Assembly: GCA_002422365.1 (NCBI GenBank)
Contig: DIUO01000036.1
Span: 38,759 to 102,758, forward strand
DNA: 64,000 nucleotides
Source of the DNA: Proteobacteria bacterium UBA6156
GTDB lineage: Bacteria > Pseudomonadota > Alphaproteobacteria > UBA2136 > UBA6156
Direction of reading: 5' to 3'
Positions within the stretch are counted from its first letter, which is position 1. Each line of letters starts with the position of its first letter. The position numbers were made by a program, and so were the translations under genes. Under the pieces are notes generated by a model. That model worked only from the letters and a program-made list of their open reading frames with translations, was not told the DNA's origin and did not search any database. This document shows positions 46,613 through 54,921 of the stretch, in pieces.

Positions 46613-47506
46613 ATGAATATCGTCGACATCACCACCATCCGCAAAATAGGCGAAGAGTTCGGCTGGAGCGAACGCCAGCTGGAACTGGCGCTGGCCAACG
46701 CCATCCGCCTGTCCTATGTCGACCGTGGCATGCTGGTCGAGGTCGACGTCAACCTCGACCTTGCCGCCATCACCGTCCGCCGCCGCAGCGGCTATGGCGA
46801 GCACGGTGTCTGGATCGACATCAACACCCCCATCCTGCCCAGCACCAAGCAACTCATCGGCACCATGGAGCTGATGCAATGGGGCGACGGCGCCCCTGGC
46901 CGCATTCTCGAGGCCGAAGTGGCCGGCTACCGCGACGGCGGCATCATCTACCGCGTGCCGGATGATAAACTCGTCTACATCCCCGAAAATCTTATATCAG
47001 TCATGGACTTCCACGAAAAGCCGGTGGTTGGCAGCAAGCAGGTCATCACCATGTGCGCTTCCATCGACCCTGTCTCCAAAATGCGCGTCGCCACCCGCCG
47101 GGGGAAAGAATTCGTCGCCGCCGTCACCGAAGAATACTACCCGGACTGCATCTCCGGCATCTGGATGGGCGCCTCCAACTCCTGGGCGGTCATCCGCATG
47201 AAGCCCGAGCACATGTCCGCCTGGCTGGAGAAAGACGGCATCAACGTCAAGCACCTGCAAACCGTGCTGGGCTTGCGCCGTATTACGCTTATCCCAGAGG
47301 GCAAGGGCGAAGACGCGCAAGAAGTCCGCGACAACGAGCTCAAGCATTTCATCAACAATGCCTGGAAGGCCTGCAAAATCGCGCAGCTGGACCCCACCAA
47401 AATCGTGCTCCACCTGCCGCTGGAAGCCCCCGACGCGCGCAAACTCCGCACCTTCCAGTCCATGTTGCAAAAAATCGCGCCGGAGCGCGAACAAGTGATT
47501 CTCTAG
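46613..47506 (+). CDS. short NusA paralog (NusA N-terminal domain + S1 + one KH-like domain; lacks KH2 and AR domains)
   Basis: 297 aa. N-terminus IRKIGEEFGWSERQLELALANAIRLSYVDRG...VEVDVNLDLAAITV resembles the NusA NTD. The S1-like stretch is GRILEAEVAGYRDGGIIYRVPDDKLVYIPENL. The KH-like stretch is ISGIWMGASNSWAVIRMKPEH...LQTVLGLRRITLI. It is not in a nusA-infB context. Confidence 0.5.
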   Translation: MNIVDITTIRKIGEEFGWSERQLELALANAIRLSYVDRGMLVEVDVNLDLAAITVRRRSGYGEHGVWIDINTPILPSTKQLIGTMELMQWGDGAPGRILEAEVAGYRDGGIIYRVPDDKLVYIPENLISVMDFHEKPVVGSKQVITMCASIDPVSKMRVATRRGKEFVAAVTEEYYPDCISGIWMGASNSWAVIRMKPEHMSAWLEKDGINVKHLQTVLGLRRITLIPEGKGEDAQEVRDNELKHFINNAWKACKIAQLDPTKIVLHLPLEAPDARKLRTFQSMLQKIAPEREQVIL

Positions 47507-47551
47507 GCGTAGCACCTGCCAAAACTTCAGGCACGCCCAAGCGCCAAAATT

Positions 47552-48859
47552 ATGCTAAACATGGCTATGGACACACCTCAAGCCGCCCCCAACCCCCTGA
47601 ACATCTGGGCCATCTGCCAGTATTACCGGCCAGAGCCCGGCGCGCCCTCCACCCGTTTGTCGGGCCTCGCCAAAAGCTGGCAGGCCATGGGGGCCAACCC
47701 GGTCATTCTCACCGGTATTCCCAACCACCCGGATGGCGTCCTCAAACCCGAATATGTCGGCAAAGATCCCTACATGGTCGAGGTCATCGACGGCGTCACC
47801 GTGGCCCGCCATTGGCTCTATGTGGCACCCAACAAGGGCAAGCTGCCGCGCGTGCTCAACATGTGCAGTTTCGCCTTCACGGTCTGGAGCAAGAATCGCG
47901 GCAATCCCGCCGCCCGTGGCCTGCCCAAGCCGGATGTCGTCATGGCCAGCTCGCCCAGCTTTTTCTGCGTCTTCTCCGCCTGGCGCCTGGCGCGCCGCCA
48001 CAAGGCCAAGTTCATTTTCGAGGTCCGCGACCTCTGGCCTGCCATCTTTCTGCAAATGGGCATTCTGCGGCCCGGGTTTATTTATAATACGCTCGAGAAA
48101 ATGGAGATGTTCCTCTACCGCCGTGCCGATGCCATCGTCACCGTCACGCGCAGTTTCGTGCGGCAAATCGTCGCGCGCGGCATCAAGCCCACCAAGCTGG
48201 AGGTCGTCTTCAACGGCGTCTCCGACGCCGACTACGCGCGGGCGATCGAACCGCAGCAGTCCGGCGCCACCACCCGCCTGCGCGCGCAATTGGGCATCAG
48301 CCCGCTCACCAAGGTGGTGCTCTACATCGGCAACCATGGCGAGGCTCAGGCCCTCACCCAGGTGATAGACGCCGCCCGCCTGATGGTCAAACGCACCGAC
48401 ACCACCTTCCTGTTCGTGGGGCAGGGGGCGGATAAATCCAAACTGGAAGACTACGCCCGCGGCGTACCCAACGTGCAATTCCTGCCCGCCGTCGGCGCGT
48501 CCGAGGTCTGGACCTACTACGGCATGGCCGATATCAACATCGTCTGCCTCAAAAACATCCCGGATTTTGAAATGTTCATCCCCAGCAAAATGTTCGAGAT
48601 CATGGCCGCCGGTAAATGCGCCGTGGCGGGCCTGCGCGGAGAAGGCGCCGAAATCATGACCGAATCCGGCTGCGCCATGGTGGTCGGCTCCGAAGAACCC
48701 GAGAACATGGCCGAAGCCATCACCACCCTGCTCGACGACCCCGACCGCCGCGAAGCCATGGGCCAGGCCGGGCGCACCTATGTGGCGCAAACCTTTTTGC
48801 ACAGCCGCTTGGCGGCCACCTATCTCACGCTCATGGCACGCCTGGTAGGGCGCGCCTAA
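47552..48859 (+). CDS. GT4 family glycosyltransferase (WcaI-like)
   Basis: 435 aa. N-terminal ICQYYRPE motif typical of WcaI-type GT4 enzymes, and a C-terminal GT-B nucleotide-sugar-binding region. Confidence 0.8.
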   Translation: MLNMAMDTPQAAPNPLNIWAICQYYRPEPGAPSTRLSGLAKSWQAMGANPVILTGIPNHPDGVLKPEYVGKDPYMVEVIDGVTVARHWLYVAPNKGKLPRVLNMCSFAFTVWSKNRGNPAARGLPKPDVVMASSPSFFCVFSAWRLARRHKAKFIFEVRDLWPAIFLQMGILRPGFIYNTLEKMEMFLYRRADAIVTVTRSFVRQIVARGIKPTKLEVVFNGVSDADYARAIEPQQSGATTRLRAQLGISPLTKVVLYIGNHGEAQALTQVIDAARLMVKRTDTTFLFVGQGADKSKLEDYARGVPNVQFLPAVGASEVWTYYGMADINIVCLKNIPDFEMFIPSKMFEIMAAGKCAVAGLRGEGAEIMTESGCAMVVGSEEPENMAEAITTLLDDPDRREAMGQAGRTYVAQTFLHSRLAATYLTLMARLVGRA

Positions 48860-48868
48860 GGTCGGGCT

Positions 48869-49885
48869 ATGCTGTCGCTATCGTCGCACATGCCCTCTGC
48901 GTTGCCGGTGCTGCTGCTGGTGGTGCTGGCCGTAAGCTATCTTGTGGCACCGGCCACCGTCGCCGCCTGCCGCAAGCGCGGTATGGTGGCGCCGGTGGTG
49001 GCGCGCTCCAGCCACACGGTGCCCACGCCCCATGGCGGCGGGTTTATGCTGCCGCTGCTGGTGGTGCCGCTGGGCCTTATGCTCACATGGCTGTGGCCGC
49101 TGCCGTTCCGGGGCTATATCACCATGCTGTTGCTCGGCAGCGCGCTGGTGGCCTATGTCGGCTGGCTCGACGACAAACACGAACTCTCCCCCCGCTTCCG
49201 CCTCATGGTGCATCTGCTGGCTGTGGCCGTCACTTTGGGCCTGTTGCCCCCGCTGTTCGACTTCATGCCCCTGTGGCTGGAAAAAACCTTGCTGATGTTC
49301 GGCTGGGGCTGGTTTGTCAGCCTGTATAATTTTATGGATGGCGCCGACGGCCTGGCCTCCACCGAGGCGGTCGCTTTGGGCCTCGGCCTCTCGCTGCTGG
49401 TGCCGGCGTTTGCGCCGTTGGGGCTGCTGTTGGCGGCGGTCACGGTGGGGTTCTTGCGGGTTAACGCCCCGCGCGCACGGGTGTTTATGGGCGATGTCGG
49501 CGCCACCTGGCTGGGCTACACCCTGGCGGGGCTGTTTTTGCTGGCGGCTGTCGACGACACCTTCACCATTATCTGGCCCCTGGCCACCCTGCCGCTGCTG
49601 TTTGCCGCCGACGCCACCTGCACCCTCATCCGCCGCGTCGCCACCGGGCACAAGCCCTGGGAACCCCATAAAACCTTCTGGTTCCACCGCGTGCTGGCTC
49701 TGGGCTACAGCCACGGCCAACTCGTGCGGGCGGTCGCGGCGGTTAATGTCAGCCTGCTGGCCGTGGCTTGGCTTTCGCTCCATGTGGGTTACCCGGCTCT
49801 CGGTTTTGTCGCCGGAGTGCTGGAAATGTGTGCAATTGCGTGGTATATCTGCCACCGCGAACGCAAACAGCACCCACAAGGTTGA
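48869..49885 (+). CDS. UDP-HexNAc:polyprenyl-phosphate HexNAc-1-phosphate transferase (WecA/WbpL/MraY family)
   Basis: 338 aa polytopic membrane protein. Conserved DD-containing loop (GWLDDKHELSPRFRL), NFMDGADGL, VFMGDVG. Confidence 0.8.
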   Translation: MLSLSSHMPSALPVLLLVVLAVSYLVAPATVAACRKRGMVAPVVARSSHTVPTPHGGGFMLPLLVVPLGLMLTWLWPLPFRGYITMLLLGSALVAYVGWLDDKHELSPRFRLMVHLLAVAVTLGLLPPLFDFMPLWLEKTLLMFGWGWFVSLYNFMDGADGLASTEAVALGLGLSLLVPAFAPLGLLLAAVTVGFLRVNAPRARVFMGDVGATWLGYTLAGLFLLAAVDDTFTIIWPLATLPLLFAADATCTLIRRVATGHKPWEPHKTFWFHRVLALGYSHGQLVRAVAAVNVSLLAVAWLSLHVGYPALGFVAGVLEMCAIAWYICHRERKQHPQG

Positions 49886-49897
49886 GAAAGCCCGCCT

Positions 49898-50806
49898 ATG
49901 TCCCCCTCCCGTAAAGTCACCAAGGCGGTTATTCCCGCCGCAGGCCTTGGTACCCGCTTTTTGCCCGCCACCAAGGCCATGCCGAAGGAAATGCTCACCG
50001 TCGTCAACAAGCCGATCATCCAATATGCCATCGAAGAAGCCTACGAAGCCGGCATCCGCGAGTTCATCATCATAACCGGGCGCGGCAAAACTGCCATGGA
50101 AAACCACTTCGACTACCCCTACGAACTGGCCGATATTCTCCGTAAAAAGAACAAACTGGCCGAGCTCGAACTGATCAGCTCCATTTTACCGAAAGACGCT
50201 CGCCTCTATTACACCCGCCAGGGCGAGCCCCTGGGCCTGGGCCACGCCGTCTGGTGCGGCCATTCCATCACCAACGACGAGCCGTTTGCTGTCTTGCTGC
50301 CCGACGACGTCATGTGCCGCGCCCAGGGCAACGGCCTGGCCGAGATGATCAAAATGTACGAAGACACCGGCAAAAGTGTCGTGATGTGCGAAGAAGTGCC
50401 CATCGAACGTACCGCTAACTACGGCATCCTCAACACCGGTGGCGCCACCCCGCAAGGCGGGCGCGTGGCGGTGACCGACTTTGTCGAAAAGCCGAAACCG
50501 GAAGAAGCCCCGAGTAACCTCAGCGTCATCGGCCGCTATGTGCTCACCCCCGCCCATATGCAGCACCTCGCTCACGGCAAGCCGGGCAAGGGCGGAGAAA
50601 TCCAGCTCACCGACGCCATGGCCGAAGTCGCCAAAACCGAAGGCTACTTCGGCTACGTCTCCAACGCCCGCCGCTTCGACTGCGGCGACAAGGTCGGCTT
50701 CCAAATGGCCAACCTTTACTTCGCCATGCAAGACCCCTACATTGCCGAACGCCTGCAACCGTTCCTGAACGAGATGGTCGCCCCGGCCAACGGCCGCGCC
50801 GCCTAA
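49898..50806 (+). CDS. galU: UTP--glucose-1-phosphate uridylyltransferase
   Basis: 302 aa. AVIPAAGLGTRFLPATKAMPKEMLTVVNKPIIQY, GLGHAV, VEKP motifs. Confidence 0.9.
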   Translation: MSPSRKVTKAVIPAAGLGTRFLPATKAMPKEMLTVVNKPIIQYAIEEAYEAGIREFIIITGRGKTAMENHFDYPYELADILRKKNKLAELELISSILPKDARLYYTRQGEPLGLGHAVWCGHSITNDEPFAVLLPDDVMCRAQGNGLAEMIKMYEDTGKSVVMCEEVPIERTANYGILNTGGATPQGGRVAVTDFVEKPKPEEAPSNLSVIGRYVLTPAHMQHLAHGKPGKGGEIQLTDAMAEVAKTEGYFGYVSNARRFDCGDKVGFQMANLYFAMQDPYIAERLQPFLNEMVAPANGRAA

Positions 50807-50843
50807 CCTTAAGGGGCAGGGGGCGGTTTACCGCTCCCCCGCC

Positions 50844-51908
50844 TTGCAGGGCCAAAAACAGAAAGTCATCGCCGTGCCCCACCCGTCCCGTACCGCCTTC
50901 ATCACCGGGGTCGCCGGGTTCATCGGTGCCGCCCTGGCCAAGCGCCTCTTGGCTGAAGGCTGGCAGGTCGTGGGCCTCGACAACCTCAACGATTACTACT
51001 CCCCCGCCCTCAAACAAGCCCGGCTGGATGACCTCGCCGCCCAACCCCACGCCGCCCACTTTGCGTTCCACAAGCTGTGCCTCACCGACCGCGACGCGCT
51101 GCTAAACCTTGTCACCGCCACCCAGCCCACAGCCATCATCCACCTCGCCGCCCAGGCCAGCGTGCGCTACGGCCTCACCCACCAGCTGCCGTACCTCGAG
51201 TCCAACCTCATCGGCCACTTCAACATGCTGATGGCCGCCAAAGCCTTGGCCGACGCAGGGACGCCCGTCGAGCACTTCCTCTACGCCAGCAGCAGCAGCG
51301 TCTACGGTGCCAACTCCAACAGTATCGACGCCGCCGCCTTCCGCGAAACCGACAACGTCAGCCGCCCGCTCAGCCTATACGCCGCCACCAAGGTGGCCGA
51401 CGAACTGATTACCTACGCCTGGTGCAACCAGTTCGGCCTGCCCGCCACCGGCCTGCGGTTCTTCACGGTTTACGGCCCCTGGGGCCGGCCGGATATGGCA
51501 CCTTTGCTCTTCACCCAGGCCATCCGCAAAGGCGCAACCATCCCGCTTTACAATGGCGGAGACCTCTGGCGCGATTTCACCTACATCAACGACATCATCG
51601 AAGCCATCGTCCGCCTCATCCCCCACCCGCCAGCCGTAGGGCAGGGGGTCAGCCACACCCTTTACAACCTCGGCAATCAGCAACCGGTGCAGGTCAGCAC
51701 CTTTGTCGCCACCTTGGGCCGCGTGCTGGGCCAAACACCGGTTACCGAAAACCGCGAGTGGCCCGCCACCGAAGTCTACAAAACCCACGCCGACACCTCC
51801 CGCCTCCACGCCGCCATCGGCTGGGCACCCTCCACCCCGCTGGAAGAAGGCCTCGCCCACCTCGCCGCCTGGGTCAGTAACGGTGGGGCCGCACTCCTCG
51901 ACACCTAA
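50844..51908 (+). CDS. NAD-dependent nucleotide-sugar epimerase (UDP-glucuronate 4-epimerase-like SDR)
   Basis: GxxGxxG Rossmann motif (ITGVAGFIGAALAKRL), YAATK catalytic motif, extended SDR length. Start at 50844 or a nearby downstream ATG. Confidence 0.8.
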   Translation: MQGQKQKVIAVPHPSRTAFITGVAGFIGAALAKRLLAEGWQVVGLDNLNDYYSPALKQARLDDLAAQPHAAHFAFHKLCLTDRDALLNLVTATQPTAIIHLAAQASVRYGLTHQLPYLESNLIGHFNMLMAAKALADAGTPVEHFLYASSSSVYGANSNSIDAAAFRETDNVSRPLSLYAATKVADELITYAWCNQFGLPATGLRFFTVYGPWGRPDMAPLLFTQAIRKGATIPLYNGGDLWRDFTYINDIIEAIVRLIPHPPAVGQGVSHTLYNLGNQQPVQVSTFVATLGRVLGQTPVTENREWPATEVYKTHADTSRLHAAIGWAPSTPLEEGLAHLAAWVSNGGAALLDT

Positions 51909-51913
51909 GCCCC

Positions 51914-52576
51914 ATGCCCACCGGAACATTGCCCCCCAAAGCCACCCCGCAGGCCGTTCAGGCCATTTTCGCCACCTTTCAGCAGCACACGCCCGCCCCA
52001 CGCACCGAACTCCACTACACCAATGGCTATCAGCTGCTGGTCGCGGTGGTGCTCTCCGCCCAGGCGACCGATAAAGGCGTCAACAAAGCCACCGCCCCCC
52101 TGTTCGCCCGTGTCACCACCCCGGCCGAGATGCTCCAACTCGGCGAAGAAGGTCTGACAACCTACATCCGCTCCATCGGCCTCTTCCGCACCAAGGCTAA
52201 AAACGTCATCGCCTTGTCGCAACGGCTGATCGACCACCACGGCGGCGAAGTGCCTAACACTATGGAAGCCCTGGTCAGCCTCCCCGGTGTCGGCCGCAAA
52301 ACCGCCAACGTGGTGCTCAGCCAACTCTTCGGCCAGCCCACCGTGGCGGTCGATACCCACGTCTTCCGCGTCGCCCGCCGCCTCGGCTTCTCGCGTGGCA
52401 CCACACCGGATGCCGTCGAAGCCGACCTCCTGCGCCTCATCCCGCCGGAGTACCTTTTCCATGCCCATCACTGGCTTATTCTCCACGGGCGTTACACCTG
52501 CCTTGCGCAGCGCCCCCGCTGTGCCCAGTGCCCGGTGGCGGCCTGGTGTCACAGCCCTGCCAAAACCCTTTCTTAA
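51914..52576 (+). CDS. nth: endonuclease III
   Basis: 220 aa. HhH-GPD motif LPGVGRKTANVV and the C-terminal Fe-S cluster cysteines CLAQRPRCAQCPVAAWC. Confidence 0.9.
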   Translation: MPTGTLPPKATPQAVQAIFATFQQHTPAPRTELHYTNGYQLLVAVVLSAQATDKGVNKATAPLFARVTTPAEMLQLGEEGLTTYIRSIGLFRTKAKNVIALSQRLIDHHGGEVPNTMEALVSLPGVGRKTANVVLSQLFGQPTVAVDTHVFRVARRLGFSRGTTPDAVEADLLRLIPPEYLFHAHHWLILHGRYTCLAQRPRCAQCPVAAWCHSPAKTLS

Positions 52577-52742
52577 ACGCTACCGTATCGTTTACAAATC
52601 ATTAAGTTAGAAGATTGTTGACAGGCCCGCTCGGCTTTGCCAACCTGAAGACAGATCATGCAGGGGGCATAATCGGCTTCAGGTTATCAAGCCAAGGGCA
52701 CGTGCCGGAACCTCCCCCGGGGTTCGCGGTTAACATGTCAGG

Positions 52743-53033
52743 GTGAGGCTTGAGTGCGGTCAACGTACCGCGCCGGAAGCGCACGCAGAGCCGCCATTCG
52801 GCGCTCCGCAACCAAGGGGGGTACATATCATGACACACGACTACGACGCCGCAGTGCGCAGCATCACACAGGCCTATTGGCATACGCTGCTGGAGAACGA
52901 CGCCGCAGCCCGCGCCCGCGCCGCCGCGCAGGCCGAGCAAATGGGGTTTTTGCCAGAGGCCGCCGAAACCATGGTCAACCAGTTCAGCCGCGAACCGCTC
53001 AAAGAATGGCTCGCGCAGCAGTCGGGCCTGTAA
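52743..53033 (+). CDS. small hypothetical protein
   Basis: 96-aa ORF (possibly starting at MTHDYD, 52830) followed by a hairpin-T6 terminator. Weak support. Confidence 0.3.
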   Translation: MRLECGQRTAPEAHAEPPFGAPQPRGVHIMTHDYDAAVRSITQAYWHTLLENDAAARARAAAQAEQMGFLPEAAETMVNQFSREPLKEWLAQQSGL

Positions 53034-53119
53034 GGCCATGCTTCTCCCTTACCTCAAGCACACGGCACGCTGAAGGCAGAAGTCTATCGCCTTACACCGC
53101 CCGACACCTAAGGGGGAAA

Positions 53120-53144
53120 CCGTCCGCACTGCGGGCGGTTTTTT
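53120..53144 (+). terminator. rho-independent terminator (ccgtccgcactgcgggcgg + T6)
   Basis: Hairpin followed by a T-tract, downstream of the 52743..53033 ORF. Confidence 0.6.
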
Positions 53145-53206
53145 GAAAGTAACGCAGGTTGGTACGCCGCCGCGTCCAAGCGTACGCAAGGCGGATGAAA
53201 CGCAAA

Positions 53207-53227
53207 CAGGGGTCACTTTGGCCCCTG
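53207..53227 (-). terminator. hairpin (caggggccaaagtgacccctg) followed by a T-rich stretch on the minus strand, downstream of the porin gene
   Basis: Inverted repeat about 25 nt after the porin stop at 53251. Confidence 0.45.
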
Positions 53228-53250
53228 CAAGCACTACGAAGGACGAGAAT

Positions 53251-54372
53251 TTAGAACTTCACCCGCATATTGGCCACGAACATATCAATGTCCTGCCAGG
53301 CCGAGCCGGTGCGGTCGGCTTCAAAGCTGCGGTACATACCCGCCAGGCTCACACCGTTACCCATGGTGTACTGGGCGCCTACGCCGTAGGTGGTCAGTTC
53401 GCTCTCGGCCACGGTCACGCCGCTGCCAAAATGTTCGGCCATGCCGTAGTCCACCGCCACTTGGTAGGCATCCCAGCTATAGCTGGCCTTGGCATACCAT
53501 TGTTCGGGGTCTTGGGCGGTAGCGGTCTTGCTGCCAAGGTTGTCGGTGGCATAGGCCAGTGTCCCGGCAAATCCGCTGCTGTGCTTGGCACTTACGGCCA
53601 TGCTGGTGCGGGTGTCCACCGTGTTGGTGGCGGTGCTGGTGTTGTCGTTGTTCAGCTTCAGCGTAGCGGCGGCCACAACGTCAAAGTCTCCCAGCTTGTT
53701 CTCATAAGTGGCCGACATATCCACATCGCCGCCCTGCGACAAACTCAGCTTACCCGACAACCCTTCAAATTTCGGGGTGTCGTAGCGGATCAGGTTGGTG
53801 CGGTCCACAGCGCCAGTATAGGTCATGTTGGCAATCGTCACGCCCGACATGGCGCCAGCCGCCGTGCGGAAGTTCAAACCCCCGCCCATGCGGAACACAT
53901 CGGCCGACATAACATCGCCCACACCGGCTTTATCTTTGGTGAAGATACCATCGCTGGCGGTCGTGGTTTTACCCAGCATAATCCCGCCCCAGTCGCCGCT
54001 CAGGCCCACGGCGGCATGGCGTTCATCCAGTGTTGGGGTGCTGCCCGTGCCGGCGTTGCTGCCGCTCAAGGGCACGCTGCTTTGCCCGGCGGTGGTGTTC
54101 TGCACCAAGGCGTTGGAAGGGTTCGACTGCATTTCCATTTCCAGCAGCACGCTGGCGGTCATGCCGTTGTCCAGCTTCTGTTCGCCTTTCACACCCATGC
54201 GGGTCGAGGAAAGATCATTATCCACCACCGCAAAGTCGGTGTTCACACCGTCATCAAATCCAATCAAGGCCTTATTAACCTGACCATATAACGTCACATC
54301 CACGGCATGGGCCGGAGAAATGCTGACAAGTCCCGCAAACAGCGAGGTAGAGAGGAGAGCGAAGCGACGCAT
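53251..54372 (-). CDS. outer-membrane porin (Gram-negative trimeric porin family)
   Basis: 373 aa. Signal sequence ending AHA. Alternating beta-strand amphipathic pattern. The C-terminal residue is Phe (..MRVKF), typical of OM beta-barrels. Confidence 0.7.
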   Translation of the reverse strand: MRRFALLSTSLFAGLVSISPAHAVDVTLYGQVNKALIGFDDGVNTDFAVVDNDLSSTRMGVKGEQKLDNGMTASVLLEMEMQSNPSNALVQNTTAGQSSVPLSGSNAGTGSTPTLDERHAAVGLSGDWGGIMLGKTTTASDGIFTKDKAGVGDVMSADVFRMGGGLNFRTAAGAMSGVTIANMTYTGAVDRTNLIRYDTPKFEGLSGKLSLSQGGDVDMSATYENKLGDFDVVAAATLKLNNDNTSTATNTVDTRTSMAVSAKHSSGFAGTLAYATDNLGSKTATAQDPEQWYAKASYSWDAYQVAVDYGMAEHFGSGVTVAESELTTYGVGAQYTMGNGVSLAGMYRSFEADRTGSAWQDIDMFVANMRVKF

Positions 54373-54613
54373 GGGGATAACCTTTTTTTATTGAGTTGCA
54401 GTGATAGCCCATCCTAAGCGAAGCCGGGCGAACTCGCCTAGAGTCCCCGCACGTATCAAGCCACCCGCTGTGGTCGCAAAACACCACGTCAGACAATATC
54501 AGAAAAGGCTCACACCGCGCACAGGGCAGCCAAACCTTACATAATGCCCCATGCCTTAGGTCCCTGCGGAACCCAAGCCGTCCTGCCTCGTTAGCCTCCA
54601 CATAACGAGAAAG

Positions 54614-54904
54614 GTGGAGATGTCCGACATGCCGAACCGAAAACAGAACCCCGGTAATTTTGCCAACAACCCCAAGCGCGCTGCCGAAGCTGGCCGCAAA
54701 GGCGGCCGTATGTCGTCAGGTAACTTTGCCAACAATCCGCAACGCGCCGCGCAGGCGGGCCGCAAAGGTGGGCAGGCTTCCAGCGGCAATTTTGCCAACA
54801 ATCCGCAACGCGCTGCCGAGGCCGGGCGCAAGGGCGGCCAAGCCTCGCACAACCGTAAAACCGACGACAAAGACCTCCCGCCCGACGAGTCTGCGACTTC
54901 TTAA
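54614..54904 (+). CDS. KGG-repeat general stress protein (YciG-like)
   Basis: Three copies of GNFANNP(K/Q)RAA(E/Q)AGRKGG. Confidence 0.7.
   Translation: MEMSDMPNRKQNPGNFANNPKRAAEAGRKGGRMSSGNFANNPQRAAQAGRKGGQASSGNFANNPQRAAEAGRKGGQASHNRKTDDKDLPPDESATS
54653..54845 (+). repeat. three ~66-bp imperfect tandem coding repeats (KGG motif units)
   Basis: ggtaattttgccaacaaccc..., ggtaactttgccaacaatcc..., ggcaattttgccaacaatcc... Confidence 0.7.
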
Positions 54905-54921
54905 GGAGCAATAACCGGAAG

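Larger units (their letters stand above)
5238..47506 (+). other. composite ~42-kb locus interleaving type IVb-pilus/T2SS-like, F-type-like T4SS, DNA-processing and novel genes
   Basis: Co-directional gene train with several stop/start overlaps. It is flanked by housekeeping genes (yggT-family on the left, polysaccharide genes on the right). See findings. Confidence 0.6.

Noticed and set aside
5238-47506. Calling the whole locus a mobile element (ICE/genomic island)
   Set aside because: No integrase, relaxase, transposase, tRNA target or direct-repeat boundaries are visible inside the window, and I could not compute a GC deviation against the flanks. It is reported as a composite locus instead, with mobility left open.
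45581-50107. Minus-strand ORFs 45581..46879, 47555..48802, 48878..50107
   Set aside because: They lie antisense to the repeat protein, the GT4 glycosyltransferase and the WecA-like gene. They are low-complexity G/R/H-rich and have no family features.
52577-54613. Searched intergenic regions (52577-52742, 53034-53250, 54373-54613, 60469-60949) for tRNA/tmRNA cloverleaf or rRNA fragments
   Set aside because: No acceptor-stem/T-loop (GTTCxAxxC) arrangement or rRNA-like conserved blocks found by eye. Only terminator hairpins.
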